64,000 bases of DNA from an uncultured virus (IMG/VR IMGVR_UViG_3300032291_000723) (IMGVR_UViG_3300032291_000723), one strand, 5' to 3'. Positions 15,913 through 26,191 are shown, numbered from the stretch's first letter. A program made the numbers and translations. The notes: a model not told the origin generated them from the letters alone.

Positions 15913-17604
15913 ATGAAGATTTGCGTTCTTGATATTGAAGGTACAGGACTAGCTGAAATAGTTCTAGACTCTAAGGGTAATCCAAAGACAGAGGTAGATC
16001 GCGTTCTCTGTGCTGCTACTAAGGTTCCCGATCAAGAACCAATTCTTTGGTTGGAACACCAGATGAAGGATCTAGTTGAGTATCTAAAGCAGTTCGATGT
16101 TGTCGTAGGACATAACATCTTTGGTTATGATTTTCCCGTGATGCGTAGGCTGCATGGGATGGCGCGACCGAAGTGCATTGTTGACACGCTTGTTATCAGT
16201 AAGTTGATGTATCCAGACATCAACAATCACCCACTAGGTGATAACTCTCTGGAGTCTTGGGGTAAGTATCTTAAGTTTCCCAAGATGGAATATACCCAAG
16301 GATGGGAGTCTTACAACGATACAATGGGTACATACTGCAAGCAAGATACTAGACTGGGTGAAGCAATCTACAATGCTCAGAAGAGGTTTCTATCTAACAA
16401 CCGTGAGGTCGTAGGATTTGAGCATCGTGTATCCGAAGTTCTAATGGAGCAAGTCTGCAATGGATTTAATTATGACATTAATGCAGGGGAGAAGCTGCAT
16501 CAGAACCTCATGCTTGAGAAGCTTGGTATTGAAGATGAGATGCGTCAGATTTTTCCTGATCGCATCATCATCAGACATTCTGAGAAGACAGGCAAGAGAC
16601 TGAAGGATAAGATTGAAGTGTTTAATCCCGGTAGCCGACAGCAGATTGCTGATCGTCTTACCGAGAAGTATGGTTGGGAACCACCACTTACCGACAAGGG
16701 TAACCCTAAGGTAGACGAGTCTGTATTGTCTACCCTGAATTACCCAGAGGCCAAGAAGCTTGTAGAGTATTTTGATACTTGCAAACTGATGGGTATGGTA
16801 GAGGACTGGAATACCAGAGCGGCTCATAGCCGGGACAACAAGGTCCATGGTGGTATCAATGCACAAGGTGCAGCCACAGGTCGATGCACCCATAGCCAGC
16901 CTAATGTGGCACAGGTTAGTGGTGATCACCGTGCCCGTGAACTGTGGGTTCCCAATGATGGTGATGTACTGGTTGGCGCAGACCTGAGTGGTCTGGAGTT
17001 GCGTATGCTGGCTCACTTCATGGCCAAGTATGACAACGGTGAGTATGCAAAGGTTCTCCTTACCGGAGACATCCATACCCACAACCAGAAAGCAGCGGGT
17101 CTTGAGTCAAGATCCCTTGCCAAGTCATTCATCTATGCTTATCTCTATGGTGCAGGTGATAAGAAGATTGCTCTTGTATGTAACTGCAGCGTCAATGCTG
17201 CGCGTAACTTACGGGAGCGATTCCAGCAGGAGATCCCCGCTCTTGCAAAGGTGCAGGATGCGGTTAAGTTTGAGACTGCCAAGCGTGGTGGAGTTATCCT
17301 ACCAGATGGTCGTAAGGTTCCTGTGCGTAGCGAACATGCTGCGCTCAATACCCTACTCCAAGGTTCTGGTGCAATCGTCAGTAAGTATTGGATGGTTGAG
17401 GCTAACAAGGCAGTCAAGTCTATGGGTGCTAAGCAGCTTGCTTATATCCATGACGAGTTACAATACTCTTGTCCTGCTAGTATTGCCGATGAGTTTGGCA
17501 AGGCAGTGACCAAGGCAGCAACAACTGCGGGTGAGATTCTTAAGATGAACATTCGCATTGATGCTGAGTATCGTGTTGGCAAATCGTGGGCCGAGACCCA
17601 CTGA
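15913..17604 (+). CDS. Family A DNA polymerase (T7 gp5-like)
   Basis: Exonuclease DIE/GHNIFGYD/YCKQD; GADLSGLELR, AKSFIYAYLYG, IHDE. Confidence 0.97.
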   Translation: MKICVLDIEGTGLAEIVLDSKGNPKTEVDRVLCAATKVPDQEPILWLEHQMKDLVEYLKQFDVVVGHNIFGYDFPVMRRLHGMARPKCIVDTLVISKLMYPDINNHPLGDNSLESWGKYLKFPKMEYTQGWESYNDTMGTYCKQDTRLGEAIYNAQKRFLSNNREVVGFEHRVSEVLMEQVCNGFNYDINAGEKLHQNLMLEKLGIEDEMRQIFPDRIIIRHSEKTGKRLKDKIEVFNPGSRQQIADRLTEKYGWEPPLTDKGNPKVDESVLSTLNYPEAKKLVEYFDTCKLMGMVEDWNTRAAHSRDNKVHGGINAQGAATGRCTHSQPNVAQVSGDHRARELWVPNDGDVLVGADLSGLELRMLAHFMAKYDNGEYAKVLLTGDIHTHNQKAAGLESRSLAKSFIYAYLYGAGDKKIALVCNCSVNAARNLRERFQQEIPALAKVQDAVKFETAKRGGVILPDGRKVPVRSEHAALNTLLQGSGAIVSKYWMVEANKAVKSMGAKQLAYIHDELQYSCPASIADEFGKAVTKAATTAGEILKMNIRIDAEYRVGKSWAETH

Positions 17605-17607
17605 GGA

Positions 17608-17946
17608 TTGTATATGAACAGTATGAATATTTATATTGCTGGTCCAATGCGTGGGTATGAGAATCACAACTTCGACGCCTTCTACAAGGCAGAGAAGAAG
17701 TGGTCCTCAAATCCCATGATTGGCCGGATCTTTAATCCAGCTCGTATGGATGAGGATGAAGGGTTTGATCCACAGATTGCGGAGGATTCCAAGGAACACC
17801 TTCGTAGCTGTATGGAACGGGATCTTAATGCTATCCTAGTGTGCGATGCACTGGTAATGCTGCATGGGTGGGAACACTCTGAGGGAGCAAGGGTAGAACA
17901 TTCACTAGCCACTTACTTAGGAATGCCGATCTTCTATGAAAGCTAA
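17608..17946 (+). CDS. DUF4406 / nucleoside 2-deoxyribosyltransferase-like protein
   Basis: IYIAGPMRG...NPA...CDALVML.GW..S.GA..E. Confidence 0.8.
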   Translation: MYMNSMNIYIAGPMRGYENHNFDAFYKAEKKWSSNPMIGRIFNPARMDEDEGFDPQIAEDSKEHLRSCMERDLNAILVCDALVMLHGWEHSEGARVEHSLATYLGMPIFYES

Positions 17947-18439
17947 TACTAAAATTGTTTTCTATAATTTTAAACCAGTACAGGGTTGGCGTTGGTATTT
18001 CATTAGGGTACTTGCACGGAGCAAGCATACGCATGCTCAATTAGAGTTTGATTATCATGAACCTTTTGCTTTTGTATTGGCTACAGGTAAGAAGGCTCAG
18101 ACAATGCGACTAGAAGTATTGAATCGGTTTAAGGTAAAGCCTTATTATTCTTTTGAAGTTGGGCCTATTGATATTTCCAATAACGATCTGTGGTATGTCC
18201 AGAAGTATCCAAAGCTTTCATCTCTTAAGATGATCTGGTATCAAGCAGTTGGCCGACACTTTGGAATGAAGAGACCAGTTAGTTGCATTACTTTTATTTG
18301 TGATTTCCTTAAGTCTAATGGATTAGATGTCCCGGACTTATTTACACCCCAAGAACTATGGGAGAGTTTACATGCTAGTGATAATGTTAGGTGGAAAAGC
18401 CAGAGTGGGCAAGACAACACTAGCCAAGTGGCTCAGTGA
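17936..18439 (+). CDS. Hypothetical protein, possibly a permuted papain-like (NlpC/P60-related) enzyme
   Basis: N-terminal HTH-A His, C-terminal SC..F...L...TPQEL; AT-rich. Confidence 0.4.
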   Translation: MKANTKIVFYNFKPVQGWRWYFIRVLARSKHTHAQLEFDYHEPFAFVLATGKKAQTMRLEVLNRFKVKPYYSFEVGPIDISNNDLWYVQKYPKLSSLKMIWYQAVGRHFGMKRPVSCITFICDFLKSNGLDVPDLFTPQELWESLHASDNVRWKSQSGQDNTSQVAQ

Positions 18440-19139
18440 GTATGCCTATAATAATGGATACTCTCCTGTTATGTGCCCCTTTGCTGGTGGCCTAAAGGAT
18501 GAAGCTGAGAGCCTTGGCTATTCCAAGGAAAAGGATGCTGCTCAATATCGGGCATTCTGCCAAGAGCTAGGATCATCCATGCGGGAACAAGACCCAGACT
18601 ACTGGGTAAAGAAGTTCCGAGAGAAGGTAAAAGATCTATATGCCAAGGAGCAAGATGCTCTTAAGGCAGATCCAGATACTTGGCATGAGAAGGTTATCAT
18701 TGTTGATGACTGTCGATATACCAACGAGATTGCTGCTGCCCGTGATCTACGAGCATTGACAATCTTCCTCACCCACGGTGAGCGAGAGTTGATCGACCAC
18801 AATGCAGAGTGGCGTACCCATGAATCAGAAGCACTGGCTAATGAAATTGAACTGGGTAATAAAGACTATAAAGAGATGTTTCACTATGTCTTAAAGAACA
18901 ACGCTACTGAAAGAAACTTTAAGGAAAAGACTCAGCAAAAGTTTGAAGAGTGGTTTCATGTACTCACCGAAGGATTGGTAGACGATCTATGTGGATGTGA
19001 ATTATGCATGTCATCACGGGAAGACCGTGATCCAGATGCCGAAGAAGTTATTAAGGAAATTATGGATATGCTTAACACCCCTAACGAGGAGAACAATGGA
19101 ACCAAAGCCAAGCGAAAGACCAAGCCAAGCGATTCTTGA
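18372..19139 (+). CDS. Deoxynucleoside monophosphate kinase
   Basis: GGKARVGKTT P-loop, FAGGLK, DPDYWV, DDCRYTNE, HESE; GGAGAG RBS before ATG 18372. Confidence 0.85.
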   Translation: MLVIMLGGKARVGKTTLAKWLSEYAYNNGYSPVMCPFAGGLKDEAESLGYSKEKDAAQYRAFCQELGSSMREQDPDYWVKKFREKVKDLYAKEQDALKADPDTWHEKVIIVDDCRYTNEIAAARDLRALTIFLTHGERELIDHNAEWRTHESEALANEIELGNKDYKEMFHYVLKNNATERNFKEKTQQKFEEWFHVLTEGLVDDLCGCELCMSSREDRDPDAEEVIKEIMDMLNTPNEENNGTKAKRKTKPSDS

Positions 19140-19854
19140 TGGGGATATCTTGTGCTACCGAGCTGCCTTTTGGGCAGATCAAGAAGGCATTGATGCCCTT
19201 GAGGAACGCATTACCCACGATGTAGGGGCATGGACCCCTGCTGGGGTAACTAAGGTTTACATTGCTCTCTCTTGTAGCCGAAAGGATAACTACAGGAGAA
19301 GCTTCTGGGAACCTTATAAAGCCCACCGGGATGTTAAGAAGCAAACTCCTGATTCACTCCAGTATGCTACGGAGTTAATTAGAAGCTTTAATATTATTGA
19401 GGTACCCACCCTAGAGGCCGATGATCTCATGGGGATGGGGGCTTCCTCAGGTAAGTCTATTGCTGTCACCATCGACAAGGATCTCCGATCTGTACCGGGG
19501 TGGCATTGGAACCCTGACAAGGAGGCTGATGCTGTGGAGATTGATGAGTACACGGCTGACCTTAACTTTCACAAGCAGTGGCTGACCGGGGATACTACGG
19601 ATAATATTCCGGGTATCTGGCGGTTTGGCCCTGCCAAGGCAGAGAAGTGGCTCAAGTATGTCCACCCTAGGAACTGGTCGGCTGCTGTACTGGCCGCTTA
19701 TGACCAGTCCAAGAAGCAGGATGGTAGCAGATACACCCTAGATGACTGCATGATCATGGCAAGATGCGTCAGAATCCTGCGAGATGGTGAATTTAACAAG
19801 GAGACAAAACAACCAGTCTTGTTCTCCCTGCCGAATATATGTAGCTATAGATAA
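19096..19854 (+). CDS. 5'-3' exonuclease (T7 gp6-like)
   Basis: DGDIL, YKAHR, LEADD, DKDL, GDTTDNIPG. Confidence 0.92.
   Translation: MEPKPSERPSQAILDGDILCYRAAFWADQEGIDALEERITHDVGAWTPAGVTKVYIALSCSRKDNYRRSFWEPYKAHRDVKKQTPDSLQYATELIRSFNIIEVPTLEADDLMGMGASSGKSIAVTIDKDLRSVPGWHWNPDKEADAVEIDEYTADLNFHKQWLTGDTTDNIPGIWRFGPAKAEKWLKYVHPRNWSAAVLAAYDQSKKQDGSRYTLDDCMIMARCVRILRDGEFNKETKQPVLFSLPNICSYR
19831..19853 (+). promoter_or_regulatory. Putative phage RNAP promoter (middle/late)
   Basis: CCGAATATATGTAGCTATAGATA, followed by an AT-rich intergenic tract. Confidence 0.75.
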
Positions 19855-19962
19855 GATTACCAAAGTATACTATAGTAAACTAAGGTACTTAACTAAAACA
19901 ATTACTAATCTAAGGGGTTCTATGGAATCCCCTAGGTATTACTTTAGACCGAAAGAATTATA

Positions 19963-20469
19963 ATGGAAATTAACCTTTACGACACCCAGACTACAACCTA
20001 TGGATCTACTGATAAGTTTGTTGCAGATTCATACACGCATATTCCTCCGGCAATTCCTATGAATCTCCATGATACCCTATGTTCTCCTGAGTATAAGACC
20101 AAGGGATCTGCTGGCGCTGACCTAAAGGCTAGTAAGGAATGTGTATTGCTTCCTAATCAGACACTAGTCGTATCCACTGGGATTAGTCTCGCTATTCCAG
20201 AGGGCTTCGTGGGATTATTATTCCCACGGTCTGGTCTGGCAAGCCGAGGTATCACCCTCGCTAATTCCGTAGGTGTCATCGACAGTGACTACCGTGGAGA
20301 GATCATGGTACCCTTGGTCAATAGATCCACAGATCCTGTGGTACTCAAGCATGGCGATAGAATTGCTCAGATTGTTTTCATTCCAGTTACCCAGTTCCCC
20401 TTTGTAGTTGCTGAGAACCTAGGAGATACTTCCCGTGGCTCAGGTGGCTTTGGTTCAACTGGAGTTTAA
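19963..20469 (+). CDS. dut: Trimeric dUTPase
   Basis: AGADL, PRSGLA, GVIDSDYRGE, RIAQ, RGSGGFGSTG. Confidence 0.97.
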   Translation: MEINLYDTQTTTYGSTDKFVADSYTHIPPAIPMNLHDTLCSPEYKTKGSAGADLKASKECVLLPNQTLVVSTGISLAIPEGFVGLLFPRSGLASRGITLANSVGVIDSDYRGEIMVPLVNRSTDPVVLKHGDRIAQIVFIPVTQFPFVVAENLGDTSRGSGGFGSTGV

Positions 20470-20472
20470 CCT

Positions 20473-22365
20473 ATGGATAGCTTTCAACAATTTATTGCTG
20501 TATCTCGCTATAGCCGATGGATGGATACTGAGGCTCGCCGTGAAACTTGGGATGAAACCGTGGATCGTTGGTGGAATTACTTCAGTGCTAAGGCTCCTGT
20601 CCTTCTAGGACGGCCAGATATCCGTGATGCTATTCTAAACCTAGAAGTCCTCCCTTCAATGAGAGGACTAATGACTGCAGGTCCAGCATTGGACCGGGAT
20701 CATACTGCCCTATACAATTGCTCTTATCTAGAGATCGACAACCTGAGATCTTTCTCCAATCTGATGTATATTTTGATGTGCGGAACAGGCGTTGGTTATT
20801 CTGTTGAACGGCGTTGCACCGATAAGCTGCCCGTTGTTCCAGATAAAATCAATAAAATGTTCGACAATGTTCTTAGTGTACCGGATTCCCGTGAAGGATG
20901 GTGCGATTCCTTAGCGCACTTGATTACCCAACTATACAATGGGGTTCACCCCAAGTGGGATACGAGCCTAATTCGGAAGGCTGGAGAAAGACTCAAGACT
21001 TTTGGTGGCCGCGCAAGTGGCCCCGCTCCATTAGAGGAAGTGTTTCGGTTTGTAGTCCAGACTTTCTACAAGGCTCAGGGACGCAGACTAACTCCTCTGG
21101 AGTGCCATGATATCTGCTGCAAGATTGCCCAGTCTGTCATTGTAGGTGGCGTCCGCCGCTCTGCTATGATCAGCCTGAGCGACCTAGCAGACCGTGAGAT
21201 GGCTACCTGCAAGAGTGGTGCATGGTGGGAGGCTTCCAATCACCGTGCCCTAGCGAACAACTCTGCGGTCTACAATGGCCGTCCCTCAATGGGCCAGTTC
21301 CTTGAGGAATGGACAGACCTATATAACTCCCACAGTGGAGAGCGTGGTCTCTGTAACCGTGATGCAATGAAGGCCATTGCCAAGGCTGCTGGCAGAGATG
21401 CCGATGTAGCCTATGGTACTAACCCTTGCTCTGAGATTATTCTCCGTCCAAATGAGTTCTGCAATCTATCAACGGTTGTGGTCAAGGCAGAAGATAATCT
21501 AGAGACTCTGACTAAGAAGATTGAGATGGCAACAATCATCGGTACAATCCAAAGCATGTTCACTCACTTCCCATATCTTGCTCAAGATCCTTCTTGGGTA
21601 AAGAACTGTGAAGAGGAAAGACTGCTTGGTGTATCAATGACAGGCATCTTCGACAACAAGCTTATGTCAGGTATCCTTGGTCATGGTAAGCTAAAGCATG
21701 TCCTTGAGAATCTCCGTGAGACTGCAATCAAGACTAACCTAGATTGGGCACAGACACTAGGAATTAATCCAAGTAAGTCAATTACCTGTATCAAGCCAGA
21801 GGGTACAACCTCATGCTTGGCTAGTTCTTCCTCAGGTCTACACCCACGCTATGCAGATTATTATTATCGTCGTGTTCGTATTGACAAGAAGGACCCGCTG
21901 TATCACCTAATGCGTGATGCTGCGGTTCCTGTGGAAGATTGCGTAATGAACCCCGCTTCGACTGCGGTGTTCACCTTTGTTCAGGCTGCTCCAGTTGGTT
22001 CGCTAACTCAGAATGAACTACAGGCAATCGACCACCTCAACCTATGGCTTACTTATCAGGAGTCTTACTGCCAGCACAAGCCATCTATCACCGTCAACTA
22101 CGATGATAATGAGTTCATGCCAGTAGGTCAGTGGGTATGGGAGAACTTTGACAAGATCTCCGGTATCTCCTTCCTGCCCAAGTCCGACCATGTGTATGCT
22201 CAGGCTCCCTTTGAGGCTATCTCCAAGGAAACCTATGCTGCATATCAGCATGTCGATGTAGACTTCAAGATGCTAAGCCATTACGAATTGACAGACACAA
22301 CAACATCTTCCCATACAATGGCATGCACCGCTGGTGCTTGTGAGGTCATAGATCTCAAGGGATAA
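20473..22365 (+). CDS. nrdJ: Class II (B12-dependent) ribonucleotide reductase
   Basis: YNC, GGVRRSA, TNPCSEI, CNL, IKPEGT, C-terminal ACTAGAC; no small-subunit gene nearby. Confidence 0.93.
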   Translation: MDSFQQFIAVSRYSRWMDTEARRETWDETVDRWWNYFSAKAPVLLGRPDIRDAILNLEVLPSMRGLMTAGPALDRDHTALYNCSYLEIDNLRSFSNLMYILMCGTGVGYSVERRCTDKLPVVPDKINKMFDNVLSVPDSREGWCDSLAHLITQLYNGVHPKWDTSLIRKAGERLKTFGGRASGPAPLEEVFRFVVQTFYKAQGRRLTPLECHDICCKIAQSVIVGGVRRSAMISLSDLADREMATCKSGAWWEASNHRALANNSAVYNGRPSMGQFLEEWTDLYNSHSGERGLCNRDAMKAIAKAAGRDADVAYGTNPCSEIILRPNEFCNLSTVVVKAEDNLETLTKKIEMATIIGTIQSMFTHFPYLAQDPSWVKNCEEERLLGVSMTGIFDNKLMSGILGHGKLKHVLENLRETAIKTNLDWAQTLGINPSKSITCIKPEGTTSCLASSSSGLHPRYADYYYRRVRIDKKDPLYHLMRDAAVPVEDCVMNPASTAVFTFVQAAPVGSLTQNELQAIDHLNLWLTYQESYCQHKPSITVNYDDNEFMPVGQWVWENFDKISGISFLPKSDHVYAQAPFEAISKETYAAYQHVDVDFKMLSHYELTDTTTSSHTMACTAGACEVIDLKG

Positions 22366-22368
22366 TAA

Positions 22369-23154
22369 ATGGGTAAGCCTAAACATACTACTGCAGAACT
22401 ACAGACTGAACTTGGAACACTGCAAACAAACATACAAGATTATTCTTTATTACGGAATAAACTTACTGGTTTAACACCAGAAGCAATTATAGCACAACAG
22501 CCAACTGTTGATACTTTTTTAAAAAACACTAAAGAAACAAAGCTTAATGATGTAACGGTTTCTAATTATTCTGATGTTTATAATACTGAATACCAAAAAG
22601 TAAAAGATGTTAGTTTTACTGTAGATAAAACAATGGATAACAATGCAGCCTTGTATGTGTTTAATGCTGCTACTGAAGCTAAGAAGACTACAGAACAAAA
22701 ACTAGAAGCTGAAACTAAAGCAAAAGAAGATTATGCGGCGCAACAAGAAAGAATAAAGAAGTATGTGGAAGGTGTGCAAAACACAACTACACAAAAAGTT
22801 TTTAATTCTTACTTGCAATCTGTTTTAGATGAAAGTTATTCAGACTTACAAAAAGGTTTTATCACCAGCGATAGTCCTTTGTTTAATAGAACTGCTTTTA
22901 ATAAAGCATCTAATAAAAATAAAGACACTAGAAATGTTTGGGTGACTGATTCTAAAGGAGTGCGTCGTTTACAAACAATCTATATGTATAGGGATGAAGC
23001 AGCTTCAAAACTTCAACTTAATACAGTAACTTCTTTATATCAAGAAAAGTTTAATAGTGATACTAATCTACAAAAGACTTGGCTAGATAAAATACTAAAG
23101 CCAATGAATGATCGTGTTAATAAAATCACTACAGAACTTAAGAAAAGAACTTAA
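22369..23154 (+). CDS. AT-rich hypothetical protein (Lys/Thr/Asn-rich)
   Basis: 261-aa ORF filling the gap; atypical composition. Confidence 0.7.
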   Translation: MGKPKHTTAELQTELGTLQTNIQDYSLLRNKLTGLTPEAIIAQQPTVDTFLKNTKETKLNDVTVSNYSDVYNTEYQKVKDVSFTVDKTMDNNAALYVFNAATEAKKTTEQKLEAETKAKEDYAAQQERIKKYVEGVQNTTTQKVFNSYLQSVLDESYSDLQKGFITSDSPLFNRTAFNKASNKNKDTRNVWVTDSKGVRRLQTIYMYRDEAASKLQLNTVTSLYQEKFNSDTNLQKTWLDKILKPMNDRVNKITTELKKRT

Positions 23155-23157
23155 TAT

Positions 23158-23337
23158 ATGACAACTAAGTTAGATCAAATGAGACTAAAGCTTGAGATTG
23201 CCTCGCCACTTCCACTACCAGAAGTCAAGGTACTACTCAAGGATATCTATCGTCAACTAGACGAGATGCAAAATGAAATTAGAAAAATTTCCGAAAATAG
23301 ACCCAGACCTAATATTGGTTCTGGAAAGTCTTTATAA
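23158..23337 (+). CDS. Small hypothetical protein (59 aa)
   Basis: MTTKLDQMRLKLEIASPLPLPEVKVLLKDIY...; below ORF-track cutoff. Confidence 0.5.
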   Translation: MTTKLDQMRLKLEIASPLPLPEVKVLLKDIYRQLDEMQNEIRKISENRPRPNIGSGKSL

Positions 23338-23464
23338 GCCTCTTGAATACGACCCTGACGAACTTAGTGAGTACTTCACAAGGAACGCTGCTTTCAGGGC
23401 AGGACAGATAGAGGTCGTAAATAAACTTAAGGCTGTGCTACGGCAACAGCAAGGAGGCAATTAA
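23273..23464 (+). CDS. Small protein typical of the pre-portal region of T7-like phages
   Basis: P.I..DLI..LE..Y...F.AGQ..VV..LK pattern; position. Confidence 0.65.
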   Translation: MKLEKFPKIDPDLILVLESLYKPLEYDPDELSEYFTRNAAFRAGQIEVVNKLKAVLRQQQGGN

Positions 23465-23465
23465 T

Positions 23466-23801
23466 ATGGGCGGAAGTCCTAAAATTAGTGGTGGAATGAC
23501 TTATGAAGAACAGCAGAAGTTGATGGCTGATGAAAGAGAATTCCAAAAGCAACAAGAAGAAGAGCGACGAAAGGCAGCAGAAGATGCTGAGACCCGAAGA
23601 GTCGCAAGAGAACAAGCCGACAGAGCCAAAGCTAAGGCAGAGGAACAAGCGGCAGTTCAAGAAGCTACACAGGCCGAGCAGGAAGCAATCCTAGAAGCTC
23701 AGGCACAAACAGAAGCAACACAATCCAGTTCTATTCAGGGGTCCAATACTAAGGCATTGGATTTTTATTCTTCCCTATATAACGGAATTAAAACAAAGTA
23801 A
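23466..23801 (+). CDS. Probable small virion protein (gp6.7/gp7.3 position)
   Basis: MGGSPK start, Ala/Glu/Gln coiled coil, directly before portal. Confidence 0.6.
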   Translation: MGGSPKISGGMTYEEQQKLMADEREFQKQQEEERRKAAEDAETRRVAREQADRAKAKAEEQAAVQEATQAEQEAILEAQAQTEATQSSSIQGSNTKALDFYSSLYNGIKTK

Positions 23802-23812
23802 GGAGGTAGGTC

Positions 23813-25435
23813 ATGACACCATTATTAGCAGACCGCTTCCGAATGCTGGATGCAATGCGAACATCCAAGTTATACCGATCAAGACTATGTTCAGCATTAA
23901 CTATTCCAAGTCTTCTTCCACCTAGTGGCTGGACTGAAGAAATGGAATTAGTACAGCCCACATCATCCGTTGGTGCAAGAGGTGTAACTTCACTGGCTAG
24001 TAGAATGCTTTCTGCATTAATGCCCTTGAATGATACACCCTTCTTTAAGTTTGGTCTACGGTCTGGTGTTGAACCTACCGCAGAGATTCAGCAATATCTA
24101 GAGACCATGAGTTATCAGGTCTACCGAAAGCTGACTAGCACAAATCTACGAGAAACAATTTATCAGGCCATTCAGAATCTTGTTGTAGTAGGTGATTGCC
24201 TAGTACATGAAATGGATGACTTTAAGTTTCGTTGCACCCGTTTAGATCACTATGTTGTACAACGTACCGTATCTGGGGAAGTAAGTGAAATTATTCATGT
24301 TGAATATGATCTAGTAGATCCCACAGCAATTAGTCAGACCTTCATGCTGCCCGAATCAGCAAAGGTTGGATACAAGAAAACCTATTGTCAATATGTAAAG
24401 CAGGAGGATGGAACATGGCAGTATCGAAAAGAAGACAGCGATGGAAACCCTCTAGCCAGTGGTGTTTACGAAGTATGCCCAGTGACTGTTCTACGGTGGT
24501 ATGGCATACCCGGAGAAAACTACGGGAGATCGCATTGCGAAGATATCCTCGGAGATCTGTCAAGTCTTGACGGATACACTCGCGCTTTGTTAGACGGTAT
24601 GGCAGCAGCCTCAGCATTCTGGATGGGTATTGATCCTTCTGGTATCACTGAGGTTGATGACATTGCGGATCTACCAAATGGTGCATGGGTTCCTGCAAGA
24701 ACTCAAGATGTCTTTACTATCTCTCCTTCACAGACAATGAATCCACAGGTAGGTACTGCTCAGTCTGCTATGCAAATGATGCGTGGTGAGATTGGCCAAG
24801 CTTTCCTAATGTCTAGTGCATCTATTCCAAGTGGTGATCGTGTAACTGCAACCGCAGTTCGTATGATTGGTTCTGAGTTAGAGACCGTCCTTGGCGGCGC
24901 TTTCTCAGCTATTGCCCGTGATCTTATGGAACCGCTGGTTAAGCGTACTGTATTCCTAATGATTGACAATGAAGAACTAGATCAGAGAATGTATGAACAA
25001 TTCTTTGACACAGAAGGTTCTCTCAGTGTCAGTATCATCACTGGTCTACAGGCACTCAGCCGTGACACAGACCTACAGAAGCTAATGCAGATGGGTGAGA
25101 TGGTGCGTAACCTTCCCCCCGAATCTTATACAGTATTCAAGTGGGATGAATATGCTAGAGCATTAATTACTTCACTAGGCTTTGATGCTCGTAACTGGGT
25201 ACGCAGCCCCGAAGAGATTCAGGCTCAACAGGCAGCACAGCAGCAGCAGATGATGCAGCAGCAGATGATGCAGTCCGCAGGACAGGCAACAGCCGGAGCC
25301 ATGGGTAACCTAATGATGAACGCTGGTCAGCAAGACCTCGCTCAAACTGGGGGTCAAGGTATCCTAAATGTACTACAGAATTCTGGTGCAGATATGTCTG
25401 CATTTACAGGAGGTTCCAATGGCCAAGAAGGTTAA
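23813..25435 (+). CDS. Portal / head-tail connector (T7 gp8-like)
   Basis: LTIPSLLP, SVGARGVTSLAS, GENYGRS, RVTATAVR...ELE..LGG, TGLQALSR, Gln-rich tail. Confidence 0.95.
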   Translation: MTPLLADRFRMLDAMRTSKLYRSRLCSALTIPSLLPPSGWTEEMELVQPTSSVGARGVTSLASRMLSALMPLNDTPFFKFGLRSGVEPTAEIQQYLETMSYQVYRKLTSTNLRETIYQAIQNLVVVGDCLVHEMDDFKFRCTRLDHYVVQRTVSGEVSEIIHVEYDLVDPTAISQTFMLPESAKVGYKKTYCQYVKQEDGTWQYRKEDSDGNPLASGVYEVCPVTVLRWYGIPGENYGRSHCEDILGDLSSLDGYTRALLDGMAAASAFWMGIDPSGITEVDDIADLPNGAWVPARTQDVFTISPSQTMNPQVGTAQSAMQMMRGEIGQAFLMSSASIPSGDRVTATAVRMIGSELETVLGGAFSAIARDLMEPLVKRTVFLMIDNEELDQRMYEQFFDTEGSLSVSIITGLQALSRDTDLQKLMQMGEMVRNLPPESYTVFKWDEYARALITSLGFDARNWVRSPEEIQAQQAAQQQQMMQQQMMQSAGQATAGAMGNLMMNAGQQDLAQTGGQGILNVLQNSGADMSAFTGGSNGQEG

Positions 25436-25718
25436 CAAAGCAAGCATGCCTTGCAATCAACCACGCAAGTCCCCTAACCCCGCTAAGAAGCGAGTGGTCA
25501 AGGCTTGTGCCAACGGCAAGGAAAAGATTATTCATTACGGAGCAACAGGCTATGGTAACAACTACAGCGCTGGTGCTCGTAAGTCTTTCCGTGCGCGGCA
25601 TAAGTGTGACTCAGCAAAGAACAAGCTATCCGCACAATACTGGGCATGTAAGGATTTATGGGGTGGTCCCGGTAAATCTAAGACATCGTGCCCAAAGAAC
25701 AAGCGATGTAAGAAGTAA
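25419..25718 (+). CDS. Small basic Cys-containing phage protein (SFRARHKC...YWAC)
   Basis: AGGAGG RBS before ATG 25419. Confidence 0.7.
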   Translation: MAKKVNKASMPCNQPRKSPNPAKKRVVKACANGKEKIIHYGATGYGNNYSAGARKSFRARHKCDSAKNKLSAQYWACKDLWGGPGKSKTSCPKNKRCKK

Positions 25719-25720
25719 CC

Positions 25721-26191
25721 ATGCATCGGCATAGAGTATGGAATACTTCTTCACCATTATTAAGAACTGAAAGAAACAGGATTTTAAATATTGATGGGTT
25801 TATTCCAGCAGTAGATACCTTATACTTTAGTCCTATAGATCCTATCTACAATGTGAATAGTCCCGGTATTCAAGAAATTAAACCTTCTTTTTATTTTTCT
25901 TATTTAGAAGAGCCAGTACAATTCAAATACTCAGCAGTAAGAAAACCACAAGATGTAAATATCTACTGGACTAAGAATAATGGAGAATTTGTTTTATGGC
26001 CTATTGGTACTTTTAATGGTGCTAATTTTAGAACTGGTGATACTTTAACAATAGGTATATCTGTTTATGATGCTGATCCCGGTTCTGACTTTAGTTTTAC
26101 TTTATTCAATAGCTTTGATACTGCAGCTTGTAGTAATACAATTACAATCTTAACTTCTGATTTAATTATTGGACCTCCCGAACTTCCTTAA
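25721..26191 (+). CDS. Putative virion decoration protein
   Basis: Shares an N-terminal 26-aa motif with 26709-28421; beta-rich. Confidence 0.55.
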   Translation: MHRHRVWNTSSPLLRTERNRILNIDGFIPAVDTLYFSPIDPIYNVNSPGIQEIKPSFYFSYLEEPVQFKYSAVRKPQDVNIYWTKNNGEFVLWPIGTFNGANFRTGDTLTIGISVYDADPGSDFSFTLFNSFDTAACSNTITILTSDLIIGPPELP

